A stretch of 32,000 nucleotides of DNA from Planctopirus limnophila DSM 3776 (GTDB lineage Bacteria > Planctomycetota > Planctomycetia > Planctomycetales > Planctomycetaceae): the NCBI RefSeq assembly GCF_000092105.1, contig NC_014148.1:4050001-4082000 (forward strand), in the 5' to 3' direction. Both the position numbers and the translations under genes were made by a program. The notes under the pieces were generated by a model. It was not told where the DNA came from, did not search any database, and was given only the letters and a program-made list of their open reading frames with translations. Below are positions 18,947 to 26,790 of this stretch, piece after piece (within the stretch, counting starts at the first letter, position 1; each line of letters begins with the position of its first letter).

Positions 18947-20002
18947 ATGTCGGACACGACTCAAATCCTGCGCCAATGGATGTTGCTGCGGATTCTCTCT
19001 GCCCGTCGGCAAGGCGTCACTCTCAAGGCGTTGGCCGAAGAACTCAAGGCGTCGACCAAAACCATACAACGCGATCTCGCACTGCTCCAGCAACTGGCTT
19101 TCCCCATTGACCAGGAGGTCTCTTCGCACGGACGCAAACTCTGGAAAATGACTGATACCACCGGCATACCAGCCCTCACATTCACTCTCGAAGAAGCGGC
19201 CGCTCTTTACTGGGGAAGTCAGTTCCTCGAAGGGCTGGCTGGCACTTACTTCTGGCAAGGCTCACGTACGGCTCTCAAGAAAATCCGCACAGCTTTAGGA
19301 GCACCGGCACTCAAACACCTCCAGAAACTGGCCACAGCCATTCATCTCACAAACGCCAGAGTCGTGGATTATGAATCGCGGGCCGAACTGATCGACAATT
19401 TAATGGTCGCGATCGAAGAACGCCGACTCACAGTAATTACCTATCAATCACTTCGGGCGACGGAACCGGTCACACTTTTAGACATCTACCCCTATGCCCT
19501 GGTTCATCACAAGCATGCTTTATATATCATCGCCTGGTCACGGGATCACGAGGCTATCCGCACCTTTAAGGTGGATCGTATCAGCCACGTCGAACTCCAC
19601 GGCTGGCAATTCAATCGCCCCGAGGATTTCGACCCGGCAGCCCACCTAGAACATTCGTTCGGCATCTTCTCGAGCGATAAAGCACCAGAAACTGTGAAAG
19701 TCCGCTTTGCTCCTGGTGTCAGCCGCATTTTAGAGGAAAAACAATTCCACCCCAGCCAGAAACTCAGCACTCAGCGAGATGGGAGCATTCTGGCCGAATA
19801 CCAACTCGGCCCCCTGGAAGAATTCACCTCCTGGCTCCTCAGCTTCGGCCCCCAGGTCGAAGTATTGGAGCCTGAACACCTGAGAACACGAGTCATCGAC
19901 TCCCTCAGGCAGACAATCCATCACTACGAAAAACCAGGCTTACCGCCAACTTCGGCACTAGCACCTAAATTTTCATTATCAGCCAAGCGGAAAGCGAAAT
20001 AG
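18947..20002 (+). CDS. WYL-domain transcriptional regulator (N-terminal wHTH, central WYL, C-terminal WCX-like extension)
   Basis: HTH block ILRQWMLLRILSARRQGVTLKALAEELKASTKTIQRDLALLQ. WYL-type block ITYQSLRATEPVTLLDIYPYALVHHKHALYIIAWSRDHEAIRTFKVDRI. Lies directly upstream of cas3 on the same strand. Confidence 0.85.
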   Translation: MSDTTQILRQWMLLRILSARRQGVTLKALAEELKASTKTIQRDLALLQQLAFPIDQEVSSHGRKLWKMTDTTGIPALTFTLEEAAALYWGSQFLEGLAGTYFWQGSRTALKKIRTALGAPALKHLQKLATAIHLTNARVVDYESRAELIDNLMVAIEERRLTVITYQSLRATEPVTLLDIYPYALVHHKHALYIIAWSRDHEAIRTFKVDRISHVELHGWQFNRPEDFDPAAHLEHSFGIFSSDKAPETVKVRFAPGVSRILEEKQFHPSQKLSTQRDGSILAEYQLGPLEEFTSWLLSFGPQVEVLEPEHLRTRVIDSLRQTIHHYEKPGLPPTSALAPKFSLSAKRKAK

Positions 20003-20046
20003 CTGACTGTTTATTTTATAGATAATGCCTATCCACTCGATCTGCG
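20003..20046 (+). promoter_or_regulatory. AT-rich putative promoter/operator region for the cas operon
   Basis: ctgactgtTTATTTTATAGATAATgcctatccactcg is the only AT-rich patch between the WYL gene and cas3. It contains a -10-like GATAAT and an imperfect inverted repeat TAGATA-N5-TATCCA. Confidence 0.3.
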
Positions 20047-22749
20047 ATGTACCAAGGCTCTACCCCGATGTTTGATTTCAGCGCCAAATTCGAACAACTG
20101 ACTGGCAGCCCACCTTTCCCGTGGCAAGCAGCTCTTTTCGAAAGAATGACCACCGGCAAGGAGGTCGATATCCCTTCCGTTTGCCACATTCCCACGGGAT
20201 TAGGCAAAACCTCGATCATTGCCATCTGGTTGCTGGCTCTTGCCAGACGACCGAATGACCTTCCCACACGCCTGGCTTATGTCGTCAACCGCCGCACAGT
20301 CGTCGATCAGACAACGACCGAAGTGGAACGCATTAAGAAAAATCTCTCTGCGGCGAACCTCGGCATCCGCGATCTGATGATCAGCACATTAAGAGGGCAG
20401 TTTGCCGATAATCGGGAGTGGTCGAAGAATCCCGCCTTACCCGCTGTCATCTCTGGCACTGTGGATATGATCGGCAGTCGGCTCCTCTTCTCCGGCTACG
20501 GTGTTGGCTTTAAGGCGCGGCCACTCCATGCCGGTTTTCTCGGACAGGACACACTGTTAGTTCACGATGAAGCGCACCTGGAACCAGCTTTCCAGAAACT
20601 GCTTGAATCGATCATGAGTGAGCAGCAGCGAGAACGATCGACCTCGGATGTTCCCTGGCGACCGCTGCAAGTCATGCAACTTTCAGCCACCATCCGTTCG
20701 GATGATGACAAAAGCAGCCAGAAATCGCCCCCCTTCGGGCTCAGCCCGTCGGATGAAAAACATCCGGTTGTGAAACAGCGTCTTCAAGCCACTAAGACCA
20801 TGACCTTGCAGGAAGTCGCTGATGAGAAAAAACCTCTCGTGGAGGCCGTTGTCGCTCGCGCTCTCGAACTTCGGGATTCAAATCGCACAGTGATTATCTT
20901 CCTTCGCAAACTTGACCATGTTGAAAGTGTTCAAGGAGAACTCGAAAAGAAGAAACTTTCGGTACAATTTCTGACAGGGACACAGCGAGGTTACGAACGT
21001 CAGCAGATGGCCGATCCGACATCACCCACCGGCTGCCCGATCTTCGCCCGCTTTCTGCCCCCCCCCAAAGCCAATGACTCGCAAAGTCCATCGTGGAAGG
21101 TAACGCCTGCAGCAGGGACTGTTTACCTCATCTGTACCAGTGCCGGTGAGGTGGGTGTCAATCTCTCTGCCGACCATCTCATTTGTGATCTTTCCACCTA
21201 TGAAAGTATGGCCCAGCGCTTCGGCCGCGTAAATCGGTTCGGCGATCGTGACGACAGTTCGATTCACGTGATCTATCCCTCGACATTCACCGGCGAAGAT
21301 GTATTTAGCCCACCACGGGAAAAGACACTTCTGCTCCTTCGGCAACTTGAAGGCGATGCCAGCCCGGCGGCTCTATCGAAGCTTTACAATGCACGATCAG
21401 AAGAGGTTCATCAAGCATTCACCCCGCTTCCGACCATACTTCCCGCAACCGATATTCTCTTTGATACCTGGGCACTGACATCCATCAAGGGAGAACTCCC
21501 GGGGAGACCACCCGTCGAACCTTACCTCCATGGAATTGAAACCTGGGAGCCACCACAAACCACCATCGCGTGGCGCGAGGAAGTCGATCTCCTGAATGCA
21601 GAAGTTCTCAAAGAGCACCCTCCCGAACAATTGCTCGAAGAGTTTCCCTTATTGCCTCATGAACTCGTCGTCAATACCAGCGAGCGCGCGTTCAAGCATC
21701 TGGCAAAGCTGGCCGAACGACATCCCGAAACCATCGTGTGGATGATCGACCGCAAAGAGAAACTCACGCTCGTCCCACTGAAGGAAGTAGCCAACAAGGA
21801 TCGCAAGGAACGCATTGAACACTGCACCATCCTCCTGCCACCTTCGATTGGCGGCCTGAACAGTGGCCTCCTCGATGGCGACTCTGAAGCACCTGCACTT
21901 GATGTCTCCTGCAAATCACCGACCTCAGAAAACAAGCAACGCTCACGACTGCGGGTTACAGAAGATGAACTCCCATCTTTCCTCAAACAAACTAGGGAGA
22001 TGCGAGTCGTTCGACAGATCGTGCTGGAAGTGGATGAATCGGATACGACCACGCCCGTATCACAAGTTAATACCCAGGAATCATCGACGCTTGATGATCT
22101 GGAAACCGAGTCAACCACTTCACCCGCGAACGGAAAAATCTGGCTCTGGCTGGCAACCCCTGCTCGAACAGGCTTAGGAACGCTGGGTTCAAAGGCACCC
22201 ATCGGGTTGCAACACCATGTGGACGATGTCGTGCGTGAAACAGAACAGATTCTCAAAGAATTGAAGCTCCCTGAGAAGTTGAAGGCTGCTGTCCGCTTGG
22301 CTGCGAAGTATCACGATGAAGGCAAACGAAGACCTTTCTTTCAGATGATGCTGGGAAATCGAAATTTTCCCGATGTTCTGTTGGCCAAGTCTCAGACCGG
22401 CACTGGGCGAATTACAGAAACTTATCGTCACGAATTCGGTTCACTCAGAGATATCACACATGATGCGGAATTCAACGCATTGGAGCCCCATGATCAAGAT
22501 ATCGTGCTTCATTTGATTGCTGCCCACCATGGCCGGGCCAGGCCTCATTTTTCGGCTGATGAAGCCTTTGATCCTTTTGCGCTGGAGAGTGAATCCATCG
22601 CTTTCGCTACAGAAATCCCCCGTCGCTTTGCAAGGTTACAACGCCACTACGGCCGCTGGGGTCTGGCTTATCTGGAATCGATCTTAAGGGCAGCCGATTA
22701 CGCCGCCAGTGCTCACCCTTCTTCACGCGAGGAGCCTGTTCATGAGTAA
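20047..22749 (+). CDS. cas3: CRISPR-associated helicase/endonuclease Cas3, type I-G (I-U) architecture (helicase N-terminal, HD nuclease C-terminal)
   Basis: SF2 motifs: I PTGLGKTS, II VHDEAHLE (DEAH), III LSAT, VI QRFGRVNRFG. The C-terminal HD domain (about nt 22189-22716) has LQHHVDD, KYHDEGK, YRHEFGS, IAAHHGRARP and RAADYAAS. The 900-aa length and domain order match the GSU0051-type Cas3. Confidence 0.9.
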   Translation: MYQGSTPMFDFSAKFEQLTGSPPFPWQAALFERMTTGKEVDIPSVCHIPTGLGKTSIIAIWLLALARRPNDLPTRLAYVVNRRTVVDQTTTEVERIKKNLSAANLGIRDLMISTLRGQFADNREWSKNPALPAVISGTVDMIGSRLLFSGYGVGFKARPLHAGFLGQDTLLVHDEAHLEPAFQKLLESIMSEQQRERSTSDVPWRPLQVMQLSATIRSDDDKSSQKSPPFGLSPSDEKHPVVKQRLQATKTMTLQEVADEKKPLVEAVVARALELRDSNRTVIIFLRKLDHVESVQGELEKKKLSVQFLTGTQRGYERQQMADPTSPTGCPIFARFLPPPKANDSQSPSWKVTPAAGTVYLICTSAGEVGVNLSADHLICDLSTYESMAQRFGRVNRFGDRDDSSIHVIYPSTFTGEDVFSPPREKTLLLLRQLEGDASPAALSKLYNARSEEVHQAFTPLPTILPATDILFDTWALTSIKGELPGRPPVEPYLHGIETWEPPQTTIAWREEVDLLNAEVLKEHPPEQLLEEFPLLPHELVVNTSERAFKHLAKLAERHPETIVWMIDRKEKLTLVPLKEVANKDRKERIEHCTILLPPSIGGLNSGLLDGDSEAPALDVSCKSPTSENKQRSRLRVTEDELPSFLKQTREMRVVRQIVLEVDESDTTTPVSQVNTQESSTLDDLETESTTSPANGKIWLWLATPARTGLGTLGSKAPIGLQHHVDDVVRETEQILKELKLPEKLKAAVRLAAKYHDEGKRRPFFQMMLGNRNFPDVLLAKSQTGTGRITETYRHEFGSLRDITHDAEFNALEPHDQDIVLHLIAAHHGRARPHFSADEAFDPFALESESIAFATEIPRRFARLQRHYGRWGLAYLESILRAADYAASAHPSSREEPVHE

Positions 22750-23641
22750 CGATCAACCCGGAATTCGCGTTGATGTGGACGTAACCAACCCCGGCCAATT
22801 CTTCGCCTGCTGCGGCTTACTGGAACTCGCCGACCGCCTCTGGCCCGGTGCCGAAGGCTGGTTTGAACCGGGAAGTCGCACATTTAACATTAACTGCGTC
22901 GGGACGCTCCAGACTCTCGTGATATCACTGCACGAAGCAAAGTTGGTAAGCACCATGACGGCACCGCAGCGTCGTCGACTCGAAGAGCTATCTTCCCTCA
23001 AAGCAAAAGAGTTGAAGGAACAGCCATCACTGGAAAACGAGAAAAAGGAACTTGAAAAACTGCGTAGAGAATCGCCTCTAGTGTTGCTGGCTCCATTTTC
23101 AATCCGACTTGACTGGTTTGAAGATGAATTCTCTGGGGGTGGTCGATTCAAGACATGGGCTGGCCAGCAATCAGTGGAATCAATTTCAACATCCATGAAA
23201 CACGCACTGAGCACTTTTACTTGGTGGCCACACCCTCCGAAGACACTGCTGGACGAAATCTCTCACGAAAATGGATTGGGCTTCAACTTTGATTCCCATG
23301 TAAGTAGCCAAGGATCTGCTCTTGATGTTGGTTTCAGCCTTGATTCACTGTCTACAAACTCGACGACCAGAATTACCGTAGGTGCCAGACCATACCAGGA
23401 ATTTCTTACATTCGTCGGCCTTCAGCGGTTTCGACCATTAGAAGTCTCCAACGAGAACCGGTTCTTGTATCAAGCTTGGACAACTCCACTCAACCCACTT
23501 CTGGCGGCTGGAGTTACCTCTTGCACCATTGACGCGATTGCGCACCTGACATTCGAGTTTCGACTCTTGTATCGAACTAAGTATCTGAAGAGTTTTCTAA
23601 ACGCCACACCCTATTCTGGAGCGACAAATGTCCTTGTCTAA
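22742..23641 (+). CDS. csb3: type I-G/I-U Csb3-like protein (small Cas8u1-type large-subunit candidate)
   Basis: ATG 22742 overlaps the cas3 stop (ATGAGTAA). The N-terminus IRVDVDVTNPGQFFACCGLLELADRLW matches my recollection of the Csb3 signature. It occupies the large-subunit slot between cas3 and cas7u. About 299 aa. The assignment needs HMM confirmation. Confidence 0.65.
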   Translation: MSNDQPGIRVDVDVTNPGQFFACCGLLELADRLWPGAEGWFEPGSRTFNINCVGTLQTLVISLHEAKLVSTMTAPQRRRLEELSSLKAKELKEQPSLENEKKELEKLRRESPLVLLAPFSIRLDWFEDEFSGGGRFKTWAGQQSVESISTSMKHALSTFTWWPHPPKTLLDEISHENGLGFNFDSHVSSQGSALDVGFSLDSLSTNSTTRITVGARPYQEFLTFVGLQRFRPLEVSNENRFLYQAWTTPLNPLLAAGVTSCTIDAIAHLTFEFRLLYRTKYLKSFLNATPYSGATNVLV

Positions 23642-24701
23642 GAAAATTGATGAGTTTCTGTCATTGAATGGCCCTGCCGCATTGGTGATTCGCGAGCACC
23701 TGACGCCCGTCGAGGGCGAAGATGGTGTGCTATTTCCTCCAACTTATGCCGCCCAAAAGTCTGGCGAACCCGGCGGATACAACATCGACACAGATGCACA
23801 AGGGCAGTCGATTTGTCTCATCGACAGTGTCGGTGCTCAGGCTAATCGCATCGAACCGATGTTCGAAGAAGAACCTTACTCGTCCCTCGTTCCACAAATT
23901 GTCGTCAAGGCGGGTGAAAAGGAAGTCAGTATTTTTGAAGCTGGTCATCGGGCGGGTGACGCACTCGTTCGCTGTTCGGAACTTCAGCAGACTTTACAGG
24001 ATGCCTTTAAGTCTGTTCTCAAAGGTGATGCCGAGCCACTCGCCAAGATCGCACCCACTTCCTTAGTCTTCGGCGTCTGGGATTCACGCGACACCCAGGC
24101 CAAACTTCCACGTATCATTGGCTCGACCATCCGCGCTTATGATGTGAGCAGACTCAAGCGCTCCGCCCAGTTCAATCCTGCAACAGAGTATGTCAACGAA
24201 GGCTTACTCCCTGAGCCAGCGGATAAAACGGCCAAAGATGCTTTTGCTGAACGAGGATTTATCCATGTTCCAGCCACAGGCTCCCATGGCGGCATCATTG
24301 CCCACGGCGGTATTCGTCGCGATGCAACATTAGCACTCACAGCTATTCGCCGCCTCTTCGCAGGCAAGGATGACGCAAAGACGCTCAAACTCCGCCGCTA
24401 CATTCTTGGCCTCTCCCTCGTCGCCTTTACTAAGAATCCTGCGGGTGACTTGCGACAGGGCTGCAATCTGGTGCTGGATCCTTCCAAACCACGAGAATTT
24501 GTTGAAGTCCTGCCGACGGGAGAACGAAAACCCGTCACATTCACCCATGAAGACGCACTGGCGTTCGCCCAGCAGGCCGCCCACGATTTCGGCGTCGGCG
24601 AAAGCCGGGTTGTCCCCTTCGACAAGCAGCGGGCACTCAAGGATGTCAGCCCCAAGGACAAGGAAGAGAAAAAGTCTAAGCCGAAAGCCGCCAAGTCTTG
24701 A
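23628..24701 (+). CDS. csb1: type I-G/I-U Cas7u (Csb1, GSU0053 family) backbone RAMP protein
   Basis: Overlaps the csb3 end by 14 nt. Contains LTPVEGEDGVLFPPTYA..GGYNIDT...ICLIDSVGAQANRIEPMF and SLVFGVWDSRDT blocks, characteristic of the GSU0053/Csb1 family as I remember it. 357 aa, with a Lys-rich C-terminal tail. Confidence 0.75.
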   Translation: MSLSKKIDEFLSLNGPAALVIREHLTPVEGEDGVLFPPTYAAQKSGEPGGYNIDTDAQGQSICLIDSVGAQANRIEPMFEEEPYSSLVPQIVVKAGEKEVSIFEAGHRAGDALVRCSELQQTLQDAFKSVLKGDAEPLAKIAPTSLVFGVWDSRDTQAKLPRIIGSTIRAYDVSRLKRSAQFNPATEYVNEGLLPEPADKTAKDAFAERGFIHVPATGSHGGIIAHGGIRRDATLALTAIRRLFAGKDDAKTLKLRRYILGLSLVAFTKNPAGDLRQGCNLVLDPSKPREFVEVLPTGERKPVTFTHEDALAFAQQAAHDFGVGESRVVPFDKQRALKDVSPKDKEEKKSKPKAAKS

Positions 24702-24750
24702 TTGGCAGCGACCGCCTGAGTTGCATCTTCGATAAACAGCCTCTCGTTCC

Positions 24751-26349
24751 TTGCCTGTAGCTGGAGCATTGATCGTGTCGTATCTCTGTTTGACTGTCCG
24801 ACTTCATCAACCGCTCTTCCATGGCCAGCGGGATGGTGGTGAGCCAGAGTGGCCTCCTTCACCTCTGCGTCTTTATCAGAGCCTTGTCGCTGCAGCGGCA
24901 GCACAAACACCGGATGGTGACCCGATGGCAGTGGCCGGAGACGCCTTACAATGGCTGGAACGGCAGCCTGCACCGGCGATTATCGCTGCCAAGAGTCGGC
25001 TTTCCGTGACTCCGTATCGGATGTATGTCCCCAACAATACGGCTGATCTGGCGGCTTCCTCCTGGTCACGCGGAGCCACCGATACCATCACCGCCAGGGT
25101 TGAAAAGGATATCCGGCCGCTTCATCTCATTCGGCCAGCTGATCTCACAGAACCGGTTCTTCACTATCTTTATGATATCGGTGAGGCTCCTTTTCCCTAC
25201 CTGGAGATTCTTGGGAGGCTGGCACGTTCGATTACACACCTCGGGTGGGGGATCGATCAGGCCTTTGGAAATGCCACGCTTCACGCGACCATGCCTGCGT
25301 CTCAAGCGGGCGAAGAACTGTGGTTACCAGTCATTGACCCGACAGCCACTCAACTCCGAGTCCCTATCAAAGGCTCGTTGCTCGCACTTTCGGCCAAGCA
25401 CGGGGCCTTTTTGAATCGATTGAAACAGGATCTTTTTCACCCTGTTCCCCCACTCACTGCTTTTCAACTCAAGGGATATCGCCCGGATTCTCTGAGACAG
25501 GCCCAACCATTTGCGGCCTTTCAAATTCTCACGATCGACGGTTCGCGGATGCGACTGTTCGATACCACTCAAAAATCTCTGGTTGTCGCGGGTATGCTCC
25601 GCCATCTTGCTGGGCAGGCCGCTCAAGAATCCCGCTGGTCTGATGCCAAGATTAGCAGCGTGATTTTTGGTCACGCCACTCTCCGCAATTCCAATGGAAA
25701 TCAAGAGCGGCATGTTCATCAGCACAACCCGCAACGGCAGGAAAGCCAGGATATTGTTGGCCCGGATCGACTCGCCTACCTGCCTCTTCCCTCAATCGAG
25801 TTTCGTGGCCAGGGTTTATCTGTCGGCAGTGTTCGTCGAGTCCTGATCACGACGTTTGGTCAAGGTTGTTTTGAAGAAGTCGCCTGGACTCGAAGAGCCT
25901 TGAATGGTCGCGATCTGATCAGTGAACACAATGGGCATGCCACGGGAATGATGGCTTCGATCCCAAACTCTGAGAAAATGGTTCAACGCTACACAAATGC
26001 AGCCAATACCTGGGCAACGGTCACGCCGGTCATCCTCCCCGGGCGTGATGATCGCAATCCACGCAAGGCAGAAAAGCTCATTCGAAAAGCACTGTTGCAG
26101 GCAGGTTTTACTGAATTTCTTGCTCAGAATGCCGAGTTAGAATTGCGCAATGTTTCGTTCTGGCCAGGTAGTGACCTCGCCTCCCATTTTCGAGTTCCCA
26201 AGCATCTCGAAGCTTATCCTCGATACCACGTTCGGCTGAAATGGCCCGCCTTGGGGCAGGAACCTCTCAAACTCCCCGGAGTTCTCTGCATCGGAGGTGG
26301 CCGCCACTATGGGCTGGGGTTGTTTGCTGCGGAGAGGGTGAGTGAGTGA
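24751..26349 (+). CDS. csb2: type I-G/I-U Csb2 (GSU0054 family) Cas5u-Cas6u fusion protein
   Basis: N-terminal block LTVRLHQPLFHGQRDGGEPEWPPSPLRLYQSLVAAAA (the EWPPSP.RL.QAL signature of Csb2). C-terminal Gly-rich RAMP loop CIGGGRHYGLGLF. 525-532 aa. There is no ATG start; in-frame candidates are TTG 24751, TTG 24769 and GTG 24775. Confidence 0.8.
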   Translation: MPVAGALIVSYLCLTVRLHQPLFHGQRDGGEPEWPPSPLRLYQSLVAAAAAQTPDGDPMAVAGDALQWLERQPAPAIIAAKSRLSVTPYRMYVPNNTADLAASSWSRGATDTITARVEKDIRPLHLIRPADLTEPVLHYLYDIGEAPFPYLEILGRLARSITHLGWGIDQAFGNATLHATMPASQAGEELWLPVIDPTATQLRVPIKGSLLALSAKHGAFLNRLKQDLFHPVPPLTAFQLKGYRPDSLRQAQPFAAFQILTIDGSRMRLFDTTQKSLVVAGMLRHLAGQAAQESRWSDAKISSVIFGHATLRNSNGNQERHVHQHNPQRQESQDIVGPDRLAYLPLPSIEFRGQGLSVGSVRRVLITTFGQGCFEEVAWTRRALNGRDLISEHNGHATGMMASIPNSEKMVQRYTNAANTWATVTPVILPGRDDRNPRKAEKLIRKALLQAGFTEFLAQNAELELRNVSFWPGSDLASHFRVPKHLEAYPRYHVRLKWPALGQEPLKLPGVLCIGGGRHYGLGLFAAERVSE

Positions 26350-26549
26350 GGTTGTTCGTGGTAAAAGTCTGGTTGCGAGCTGCTACATTTTGCGTAACAA
26401 CGAGCAACGATTGGGATTTGTTCTCTGCGAGTGGAAGTCATGGCCTGAGTGAAGGGAAAGCTGATTTGACTTTTCCCTGCTCGATGTAATGAAGATGGCG
26501 GATTCCTGCCAGCACTCGATGAGTTTTCGTCAGTACCTGAAGTTCGTAC

Positions 26550-26724
26550 ACGAGCCGGAAGCGTCAGCGACGGGCCTATTCAATTCATCGCTTGATCACC
26601 ACAGGTTCCGCTTCAACCCTTTGCAAACCGGATCTTTTTTCTTGATTCGAACTCGCTCCCGATCACGAGATCATTGATGCGAATTCCCTTCTGAAAATGA
26701 CCGTCGCTGACGCTTCCGCCTCGT
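26550..26724. repeat. long imperfect inverted repeat (candidate structured RNA, REP/MITE-like element or bidirectional terminator)
   Basis: 18-bp perfect arms cggaagcgtcagcgacgg (26556-26573) and ccgtcgctgacgcttccg (26701-26718), extendable to 23/24 (26550-26573 vs 26701-26724). Partial complementarity continues inward (aattc..atc..tgatc segments). A T6 run sits near the centre (26635-26640). It lies between the convergent stops at 26349 and 26791. Confidence 0.6.
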
Positions 26725-26790
26725 CCCGTCGTTGTCGGTTCGTTGTTATTCGAAGGCAACGATCGTGGGACTCGGGCAGGGCGCACAGAG

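Noticed and set aside
21657-22256. 199-aa minus-strand ORF inside cas3, and the 191-aa minus-strand ORF at 24398..24973 across the csb1/csb2 junction
   Set aside because: Both are antisense to genes with clear Cas motifs. Their Ser/Arg/Thr-rich composition is typical of non-coding frames.
26549-26561. 13-nt identity (gcttccggctcgt, minus strand) to part of the E. coli lac promoter
   Set aside because: The match is short and isolated, with no other vector or lac sequence around it. It forms part of the inverted-repeat arm, so it is most likely coincidence.
26636-26660. tRNA-like T-loop sequence (gagTTCGAATCaag on the minus strand)
   Set aside because: There is no complementary T-stem, acceptor stem or anticodon arm around it. 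I recognised no tRNA or tmRNA anywhere in the window.
26350-26790. Looked for a CRISPR leader/array or even a single I-G-type repeat (e.g. ...ATTGAAAC ends) downstream of csb2
   Set aside because: There are no direct repeats of 25-40 nt at regular spacing. The only structures are short hairpins (e.g. agggaaa/tttccct at about 26453-26478) and the large inverted repeat. The 62-aa ORF at 26489..26677 spans the left arm and spacer of the inverted repeat, stopping before the right arm, and looks spurious.
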